Shown one piece after another: positions 1-5,542 of a stretch of DNA of 12,424 nt; position 1 is the stretch's first letter, and each line of letters starts with the position of its first letter. The stretch covers positions 1 to 12,424 of the IMG/VR virus record IMGVR_UViG_2737471831_000003; one strand, 5' to 3'. This DNA is from a virus. Lineage: Duplodnaviria > Heunggongvirae > Uroviricota > Caudoviricetes. The notes beneath the pieces are model-generated. The model was given only the letters and a program-made list of their open reading frames with translations. It ran no database searches and was not told where the DNA came from. The translations under genes were made by a program, and so were the position numbers.

Positions 1-1131
1 TCACCATGCTACTTTGCTCCATCCTTTGCCTCGGTCGTCATGATAACGATCGGTTTGTTGTTGTGTTTTGTGACCAAGTAGTTTTTGTGTATCTAACCCC
101 TGTTCTTTATACAGGCGTTCAGATAACGACCTTTGCTCATGGAATGTTGCAGGTGAACCTTTCCCCCAGTCAATTCCTGCTAAGTCCCTCGCTTTACTGA
201 AATTCATCGTCAATGTGTTAGATTTAACCTGTGTTCCACGTTCAGCCTGTGAAGTCGTACGGGAAAAATGTACAAGGTATGGGCTGACTGCATAGTCACG
301 GCAGCGGGCTACTACATCGCGTAAACTCCAGTTAATCGCATTGAGGTGAAGAGAAAGAGGAATTGCGATTTTGCTCCCGGTCTTTTCCTGAATGACGTGA
401 AGATGATCCTCCCAAATATCACTAAATTTCATTTTGGATATATCTCCCAAACGCTGCCCAGTGACTAAAGCTAGGAGCATGGCATTTCCCATGTAACGAT
501 GAGTGGCGTCTGCGATATCGAATATTTTTTGCCATTCTTCCAGGCTGAGGCGTTGACGGGTAATTTTTCTTCTTGGTTGTTTAGTGGCTAATGCTGGGTT
601 ATAGCCAGGCGGAACTTCGCCGTAATGCTGTGCTTCCTTAAACACATCGATCAATACAGACCTTACGACTTGGGCCATTCTCGGCTGTCCCGCAGAGATA
701 TACTCTTCAAGCAATTGTGCTATATCTCTGACATCAACGGCCGAGATCAACTTCATTCCTGCTCTTTCCCTGAGCAAGGATACTGGTTTGGCTTTCTGCT
801 TATAGGTGTTGAGTCTTATATCACCACTTTTCAGCCTATCGTCTTGGATAGCCTGGTAACGGTCTAACCATGTAGATGTTGTGATCGCTTTTCCTTTGCT
901 GGTTGCGATCCTGTCACTGATAGCCAGAATCTGCCGGGTTCTTTGTTCAGCCAGTCGAGTGTTGGCCTCAGTGGCAATAGCGATAGCTTCAGCTTCGTTT
1001 GTTCCCAAAGCATGGAATTTTCCTGTTACTGGATGCTTATACCGCCAATAGACTTTATTTACCTTTCGGCTATAAAGCGGATATAAGTTAGGGACTGAAA
1101 CATTATTCTTACGCGGTCTGGCTGCCATCAC
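1..1131 (-). CDS. int: Tyrosine recombinase, lambda Int-family phage integrase
   Basis: 376-aa ORF. By-eye alignment to lambda Int: N-terminal PNLY arm-binding region; catalytic region TFHEQRSLSERLY...LLGHK...RYHDDRG (lambda: TFHELRSLSARLY...LLGHK...QYRDDRG) with conserved His and Tyr-nucleophile context. Stop codon at positions 1-3; first codon GTG at 1131, ATG at 1128; 5' end overlaps xis by 23 nt as in lambda. Confidence 0.93.
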   Translation of the reverse strand: MMAARPRKNNVSVPNLYPLYSRKVNKVYWRYKHPVTGKFHALGTNEAEAIAIATEANTRLAEQRTRQILAISDRIATSKGKAITTSTWLDRYQAIQDDRLKSGDIRLNTYKQKAKPVSLLRERAGMKLISAVDVRDIAQLLEEYISAGQPRMAQVVRSVLIDVFKEAQHYGEVPPGYNPALATKQPRRKITRQRLSLEEWQKIFDIADATHRYMGNAMLLALVTGQRLGDISKMKFSDIWEDHLHVIQEKTGSKIAIPLSLHLNAINWSLRDVVARCRDYAVSPYLVHFSRTTSQAERGTQVKSNTLTMNFSKARDLAGIDWGKGSPATFHEQRSLSERLYKEQGLDTQKLLGHKTQQQTDRYHDDRGKGWSKVAW

Positions 1132-1354
1132 TCAAAATCCGTTGCAAAAGTAATGAGTCATTTTTCTTAATTACTGGTGTTACCAGCTCTCCAACTAACT
1201 CGGCGTCCTCACGCACTCGCCATAACCGGCCTTGTTTCATGGCCGGTGGACAAAATAAATTCTGCTTAGCATAACGACGCAATGTGGACACACTTGGAGG
1301 ATTACTTCTGTATTTTTCAGAAGCCCATTCTTCAAGAGTTAACATTTGAAGCAT
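1109..1354 (-). CDS. xis: Excisionase (lambda Xis-like)
   Basis: 81-aa ORF; LTLEEW...PPSVSTLRRYAKQNLFCPP.K.GR resembles lambda Xis LTLQEW...PRSLETVRRWVRECRIFPPPVKDGR. RBS AAGGTGA 6 nt upstream of ATG at 1354 (second in-frame ATG at 1345). Overlaps the int start. Confidence 0.85.
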   Translation of the reverse strand: MLQMLTLEEWASEKYRSNPPSVSTLRRYAKQNLFCPPAMKQGRLWRVREDAELVGELVTPVIKKNDSLLLQRILSDGSQTA

Positions 1355-1397
1355 ATGCGATCACCTTATTACTTCACTAACTGTTCAGTCTCTGCAT

Positions 1398-1700
1398 ATC
1401 GACCCTGCAAGGTCGATTAGTTTCTCCACAAAACAGAGAAGAGCACCTGTGGCCACAACTACCAGGATGGATTGGGTTATGAGCCCGTCGTCCGGTGATG
1501 CTCTTCTCTGTTTTGTAAAAAGGACGGTACCAGCCGGAAGCAAGGGTACAAGCTGGTACCGCCAGGACTACACACAGCATAAAGTTGTGGTTCCGGGGGC
1601 CTCCCGGTGCCTGGCGAAGGTTGCACACCAGGCGGGTGGGTATCCACAGAAGGTCGACTGTCAGCCTCAACCTTAACCCGCGTGCGCTGAGCCGCATTCA
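1398..1700. other. GC-rich, highly self-complementary intergenic element (candidate structured RNA or protein-binding site); function unknown
   Basis: Contains a perfect 18-bp inverted repeat, a perfect 9-bp inverted repeat (1526-1534 GGTACCAGC / 1552-1560 GCTGGTACC, 17-nt loop) and a 7-bp hairpin (1398-1404 ATCGACC / 1411-1417 GGTCGAT). ORFs called here translate to Arg/Pro/Gly/Cys-rich peptides typical of non-coding GC-rich sequence. Confidence 0.35.
1428..1516. repeat. Perfect 18-bp inverted repeat flanking a 53-bp spacer
   Basis: 1428-1445 ACAAAACAGAGAAGAGCA is the exact reverse complement of 1499-1516 TGCTCTTCTCTGTTTTGT; read directly from the sequence. Confidence 0.85.
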
Positions 1701-1816
1701 CCACAACGCTAAGGATTCTCTCTGGTTGAAAATACTTAGCTGTTATGTGCCTGTCTTTTCACCACTTCAGGCTCGGTGGTATCCTTTTAAGCCCGTATTC
1801 ATAAAAGGAAAATCAA

Positions 1817-2062
1817 ATGACTTTTGATGAAAAAGAACTTGATAATGCAATTAATAAAATCATCGTAACGTCGCTCTTTTCCTGTCTCAGCGACACTCAG
1901 CAGAAACAGTTCTACGAATCGGCTTTCAACATGATCGAGCGTTGTTGTTTCTGCGATGCCGACGAGTTACCTGAAAAAATCAGGAAACAGTTGGCTGATG
2001 CTCTTCGAGTGCGACTTTTTGACCAATTTTCTGAAATGTACTCTCCGAATTTGGACAAATAG
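1817..2062 (+). CDS. Hypothetical small protein (81 aa)
   Basis: ATG at 1817 preceded by AAGGA (1805-1809) at 7-nt spacing; helical-looking, non-repetitive translation; imperfect hairpin 2073-2096 shortly after the stop. The 3' end overlaps the convergent minus-strand ORF 1980-2255, so only one of the two may be real. Confidence 0.45.
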   Translation: MTFDEKELDNAINKIIVTSLFSCLSDTQQKQFYESAFNMIERCCFCDADELPEKIRKQLADALRVRLFDQFSEMYSPNLDK

Positions 2063-2255
2063 AAAAAGGCCATTTCCATTCAGGGTCTGATGGAAAGACT
2101 TCAGCCTGTTCCAAAGCACGGCGTAAAGAGAACACAACTCCAGCCATAATCTGATGTTTCCCATTGGTCCAGCTATCGCCGCTCTGAGCTACAGGAGCGG
2201 CTATGTCGTATGACCAAACGACTTCACCACTATTGTTTAAAATCTGGACTTTCAT
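1980..2255 (-). CDS. Hypothetical protein (91 aa), early-left operon position
   Basis: ATG at 2255 lies 9 nt downstream of the stop of the zinc-finger ORF (operon-like packing); GGAGG is 12 nt upstream, a long spacing. The C-terminal third overlaps the plus-strand ORF 1817-2062 and passes through the 2073-2096 hairpin. Confidence 0.35.
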   Translation of the reverse strand: MKVQILNNSGEVVWSYDIAAPVAQSGDSWTNGKHQIMAGVVFSLRRALEQAEVFPSDPEWKWPFSICPNSESTFQKIGQKVALEEHQPTVS

Positions 2256-2263
2256 TTTGTTCT

Positions 2264-2485
2264 TTAACCTCCAGATTTCCGCGCATCTAAAGGCGCATTC
2301 TCATTTGGTGTGAACTGAATAGTTGTGCTGATATTGATTAATGCCCCGACACACAAGACTACGCACTCAGAGCAGATAGCAACTTCATCTTTTCCGCCTT
2401 TGGCGATGATTTTTTTTGCCTGCAGCTCGTTTGCGCCACAAAACGAGCATGTGAAATAACGGTTCATTTGCGCTCTCTTACACAT
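2264..2485 (-). CDS. Small protein with ClpX-type C4 zinc-finger motif
   Basis: CSFCGANELQAKKIIAKGGKDEVAICSECVVLC matches the ClpX N-terminal zinc-binding domain pattern (CSFCGK...x18...ICDECVDLC). Likely start is the internal ATG at 2467 (67 aa; GAGAG 5 nt upstream) rather than 2485. Confidence 0.7.
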   Translation of the reverse strand: MCKRAQMNRYFTCSFCGANELQAKKIIAKGGKDEVAICSECVVLCVGALINISTTIQFTPNENAPLDARKSGG

Positions 2486-2564
2486 AGTATTTAACGAATC
2501 ATCTTGGACTTCATATGCCCCAGGCGGCTACTTCGTGGGCGTCCTGCCTGTTCATTGTTTTAAC

Positions 2565-2625
2565 ATCTTTAAGTTGTAATTTAGTTGTGGTTTTGAATAT
2601 TGTCAACAACTTTATGTGGTTTGAA
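2565..2625. promoter_or_regulatory. Putative OL operator/promoter cluster (AAGTTGT / ACAACTT heptamers)
   Basis: AAGTTGT at 2571-2577, AGTTGTG at 2583-2589 and ACAACTTTATG at 2606-2616; the same heptamers and the ACAACTTTATG motif recur in the cI-cro intergenic region. Lies between divergent genes (zinc-finger ORF leftward, TerB/BRCT ORF rightward). Confidence 0.4.
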
Positions 2626-2669
2626 CGAGTAGCCAAGGAGTGCAAGGATTATCAAAAAAAGGAGGTTGT

Positions 2670-3560
2670 ATGGAAGACGCGCTTTACGCTTTTAATTACA
2701 CACAGAACCGGGACAAGTTATTTGCTAACTTGATTAGCATAATTGATGGAATCATTGCAGATGGAGTTGTCCGTGAAGAGGAGGTTCTTTACTTAGATAC
2801 ATGGTTACTTGAAGCAAAGCAGATTATCAATAATGGAGTTATAAAAAGTCTATCAGCACGGGTGTCGGATATTCTTGCGGATGGAATAATCACATCAGAA
2901 GAACGTGATGACCTTAAAAATAGCCTTCTCCAAATACAGAGGGAAATTCTTGATATCCCTGAAATTGATTTTTACTCCAAGGATGTAGATGTCCATTTAC
3001 TTAATGGACTATGTAAAGGATTAATTGCTGATCGGAACTTAACTCAAGAAGAAATAAGATATCTTAATTGGTGGCTTGAGCAAAATGGAGCTTTGAAGAA
3101 CAACTACCCAGGAAAAAAACTTTATGCACTTGTAAAGGAAATTCTTAAAGATGGGGTTATTACTGAAGATGAGAGTTTAACTCTACATAAGGCATTAGTA
3201 GACTTCACAGGATGTGACTTGGAAAGTGGGGTGGTGGATGGTTTGGCGACCAGGCTGCCTATTGATGTAGGGGCTTCGATAGAGTTAGAGGGTAAAACCT
3301 ATTGTCTTACAGGCACTTTTGTTGCAGGAAAGAGAGCCGTAGTTGAAAATTTGATTAAAAATGCTGGTGGGAACATCAGTAGTGGAATTACTCAAAAGTT
3401 GGATTTTTTAGTAATTGGGACGCTTTCCTCCCGTGATTGGAAATTCTCAAGTCACGGAAGGAAGATCGAAAAAGCTATATCTTATAGGGATGATAATGGT
3501 GCAAAACTTAAAATTATTTCTGAAGAAATGCTTTTCGATGCATTACCAAGTTCGCGATGA
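2670..3560 (+). CDS. Protein with four TerB-like helical repeats and a C-terminal BRCT domain (296 aa)
   Basis: ATG at 2670 preceded by AGGAGG (2660-2665); in-frame GTG at 2640. Four repeats of the form h-ADG-h-h-T/R-x-E-E (IADGVVREEEVLYL, LADGIITSEERDDL, IADRNLTQEEIRYL, LKDGVITEDESLTL) resemble TerB/DjlA-N motifs. C-terminus GKTYCLTGTFVAGKRAVVENLIKNAGGNISSGITQKLDFLVIG...KLKIISEEMLFDAL matches the BRCT pattern of NAD-ligase C-termini. AT-rich; 3' end overlaps the cI 3' end by 18 nt. Confidence 0.8.
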   Translation: MEDALYAFNYTQNRDKLFANLISIIDGIIADGVVREEEVLYLDTWLLEAKQIINNGVIKSLSARVSDILADGIITSEERDDLKNSLLQIQREILDIPEIDFYSKDVDVHLLNGLCKGLIADRNLTQEEIRYLNWWLEQNGALKNNYPGKKLYALVKEILKDGVITEDESLTLHKALVDFTGCDLESGVVDGLATRLPIDVGASIELEGKTYCLTGTFVAGKRAVVENLIKNAGGNISSGITQKLDFLVIGTLSSRDWKFSSHGRKIEKAISYRDDNGAKLKIISEEMLFDALPSSR

Positions 3561-4229
3561 CCAGAATACCCTACCTATAACATGAATTCTGGCTCGTCTA
3601 TCTTCAAAGGTGAGTATTTCATCTGGGTACTCATCTTTGTTGAAGCTTCTAAGAATCAAGCCACCGTCAGGTAAGTTGATAAGTATTTTAACCCTTAGCA
3701 ATACACCATCTCGTACGGCATAAAGATCGCCATCACGAATAGGAACGGTTTGAGAAATATCAACGGCAACAAGATCTCCATTATTGAGAACCGGTAATAA
3801 ACTGTTCCCCCATATTTTTACGATCTTGGCATTAGATGCACATACGCCAGATTTTCTCAAATCTGCTCTTCTTAACGGAAACCAGTCAATAGCTGATTCA
3901 ACTATTTCAGCCAGACATCCGTTACCTGCCGATAACTCGACATCTAAAACAGGAATGTTTACGAAAATATCGGGGTCTAATGCGGTGCTTTCTGCTTCTT
4001 TTACAACAAGATCAGGTATGGATGCGTTGTCTTCAATACCAAGTTGTAACCACTTTTGTGATACACCTAAAACTTTTGCAATTTCTTTAATTTTGCGCGG
4101 TTGTAGAGTTTCGCCATTCTCTATTTTGGCTACAGATTGTTGTGAAAGTCCAATTTTTTCAGCTAGTTGAGCTTGGCTCATGCCAGCTTTCTCTCTACCT
4201 ATCTTTAATCGTTCTGCCAGTGTTTTCAC
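3543..4229 (-). CDS. cI: Prophage repressor, cI/LexA-type (XRE HTH + S24 peptidase domain)
   Basis: 228 aa; N-terminal HTH (MSQAQLAEKIGLSQQSVAKIENGE); C-terminal S24-like autocleavage domain (GNSLLP...GDLVAVD...LLRVKIL). GTG start at 4229 with GAGGG 7 nt upstream; divergent from the cro-like gene. Confidence 0.9.
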   Translation of the reverse strand: MKTLAERLKIGREKAGMSQAQLAEKIGLSQQSVAKIENGETLQPRKIKEIAKVLGVSQKWLQLGIEDNASIPDLVVKEAESTALDPDIFVNIPVLDVELSAGNGCLAEIVESAIDWFPLRRADLRKSGVCASNAKIVKIWGNSLLPVLNNGDLVAVDISQTVPIRDGDLYAVRDGVLLRVKILINLPDGGLILRSFNKDEYPDEILTFEDRRARIHVIGRVFWSSRTW

Positions 4230-4254
4230 AACATATCCCTCTCTTTTTTGATGA

Positions 4255-4345
4255 GGTTACAACTTTATGTTTTAGCTTTCCAACACCTAAAAGTTGTGAT
4301 AAAAGTTGTTAATGTTGTATTCTTGCAACTCGTAACAACTTAACT
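4255..4345. promoter_or_regulatory. Putative OR operator/promoter region (pRM/pR) between cI and cro
   Basis: ACAACTT at 4259-4265 and 4335-4341; AAGTTGT at 4291-4297 and 4303-4309; these are the same half-sites as in the 2565-2625 cluster. Sits in the 135-bp divergent intergenic region. Confidence 0.5.
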
Positions 4346-4364
4346 ACCTAAAAAGGAGAAAGCT

Positions 4365-4613
4365 ATGACACCTGAGCAATTAGCCTTATCGGAGGCAATC
4401 GCTCTGGCTGGTGGTCAATCAGAATTGGCTCGGAAGCTCACAGCCAGCAGCGGTCATTTAGTAAAGCAACAACATGTCTGGAACTGGTTGAACAGAGAAA
4501 AGCGTCCCCCTGCAAAGCTCTCGATATTCATTGAAAAGACCACTGGCATATCAAAAGAAAAATTACGTCCAGATATTTTTCAAAAGATTAAAGATTCATC
4601 AGATGAAAAGTAA
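4365..4613 (+). CDS. Cro/YdaS-like small HTH regulator
   Basis: 82 aa; AGGAG at 4354-4358, 6 nt before the ATG; GGQSELARKL...V.NWL.......P......IEK.TG.SKEKLRPDIF pattern as in YdaS/Cro-type proteins; first gene rightward of the repressor. Confidence 0.8.
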   Translation: MTPEQLALSEAIALAGGQSELARKLTASSGHLVKQQHVWNWLNREKRPPAKLSIFIEKTTGISKEKLRPDIFQKIKDSSDEK

Positions 4614-4635
4614 CCACAGTTTTAAGGAGATAGCC

Positions 4636-5187
4636 GTGGGTAAGCATCACTGGAAAGTAGAAAAACAGCCTAAGTGGTACGTGAAAGCTGTCAGAAAAAC
4701 TATCGCAGCGTTGCCGGGGGGTTACGCTGAAGCTGCTGACTGGCTGGATGTAACAGAGAACGCATTATTTAACCGCCTTCGTGCCGATGGCGATCAGATT
4801 TTCCCGCTGGGATGGGCAATGATTTTGCAACGTGCTGGTGGAACTCACTTCATTGCTGACGCTGTGGCGCAGTCTGCAAATGGCGTCTTTGTGTCTCTTC
4901 CTGATATCGAGGATGTGGACAACGCCGATATCAACCAACGCCTGCTGGAGGTCATTGAACAGATCGGCAGTTATTCAAAACAGATTCGTTCAGCAATTGA
5001 AGACGGTGTAGTTGAACCGCATGAGAAGACAGCAATTAACGATGAGCTGTACCTCTCAATTTCGAAGCTGCAGGAGCATGCAGCACTGGTCTACAAAATC
5101 TTTTGCGTTTCAGAAAGTAGTGACGCCCGCGAGTGTGCAGCTCCGGGCGCCGTGGCGTGTCGTGACTGTGGAGAAACTAACGCATGA
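4636..5187 (+). CDS. Hypothetical regulatory protein in the cII position, possibly YdaT-family
   Basis: Strong RBS AAGGAG (4624-4629) 6 nt before in-frame GTG at 4636; alternative ATG at 4603 overlaps the cro stop. The family assignment is from memory of YdaS-YdaT pairs and is tentative. Confidence 0.55.
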   Translation: MGKHHWKVEKQPKWYVKAVRKTIAALPGGYAEAADWLDVTENALFNRLRADGDQIFPLGWAMILQRAGGTHFIADAVAQSANGVFVSLPDIEDVDNADINQRLLEVIEQIGSYSKQIRSAIEDGVVEPHEKTAINDELYLSISKLQEHAALVYKIFCVSESSDARECAAPGAVACRDCGETNA

Positions 5188-5522
5188 ACAGTTTAACAAC
5201 ACACTACCGTCGCTCGCAACTGATTGCGCTTCCGGTTCCGGGTGGAAAAGCGAAGGTGGAGTATTGCTATGCAGTGAATGTACCAGGTGACAGGGAAATT
5301 GTAACCCACAGCTTTGCAGAGTGGGCTGTGGGTGATTTCAACCGGCAGAAGGAGACAGTCCTTTGCGACAAGTTAACCGCTGGTTCAAAGATCACTACGG
5401 AGTGCCCGTCAGAGTCATTCGTTGGGAACCGGAAACACAACGGGTTATCTACCTCCGCGAAGGTTATGAGCATGAATGCTTCAGTCCGCTCGAACAGTTT
5501 CGTCGTAAATTCAGGGAAATAG
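5184..5522 (+). CDS. Hypothetical protein (112 aa, ATG-initiated); C-terminal half doubtful
   Basis: ATG at 5184 overlaps the upstream stop (ATGA coupling). The N-terminal ~55 aa look protein-like, but the C-terminal half is Ser/Asn-rich and low-complexity, while an alternative frame over the same DNA looks more protein-like. Confidence 0.3.
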   Translation: MNSLTTHYRRSQLIALPVPGGKAKVEYCYAVNVPGDREIVTHSFAEWAVGDFNRQKETVLCDKLTAGSKITTECPSESFVGNRKHNGLSTSAKVMSMNASVRSNSFVVNSGK

Positions 5523-5542
5523 AGGTCGGTCATGAGCACTAA
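5363..5542 (+). CDS. Alternative small ORF (59 aa, TTG start), frame-2
   Basis: AAGGAG at 5349-5354 lies 8 nt before TTG at 5363. Translation [59 protein letters not shown] is charged and non-repetitive; stop at 5540-5542 overlaps the start of the replication gene. Confidence 0.35.
   Translation: MRQVNRWFKDHYGVPVRVIRWEPETQRVIYLREGYEHECFSPLEQFRRKFREIEVGHEH

Noticed and set aside
1-200. tRNA gene or att site adjacent to the integrase
   Set aside because: The integrase coding sequence runs to position 1-3, so any attachment site or tRNA lies beyond the left edge; no cloverleaf-like sequence was seen inside the window.
6-867. Plus-strand ORFs 6-200 and 625-867
   Set aside because: Antisense within the integrase gene.
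1641-1649. DnaA box (GTATCCACA)
   Set aside because: A single 8/9 match with no cluster and no adjacent AT-rich unwinding element; likely chance.
1398-1700. Retron (msr/msd) interpretation of the inverted-repeat-rich GC block
   Set aside because: Retrons require an adjacent reverse-transcriptase gene; the neighbouring ORFs are an 81-aa and a 91-aa hypothetical protein with no RT motifs.
1377-1704. Overlapping ORFs in the GC-rich block as protein-coding genes or a Hok-like type I toxin
   Set aside because: Translations are Arg/Pro/Gly/Cys-rich with no RBS-start arrangement and no Hok-like hydrophobic peptide; more consistent with non-coding structured sequence.
2515-2733. 72-aa plus-strand ORF
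   Set aside because: Spans the putative OL operator cluster and the start of the TerB/BRCT gene in another frame; no RBS.
3784-4170. 128-aa plus-strand ORF
   Set aside because: Entirely antisense within the well-supported repressor gene; a shadow ORF.
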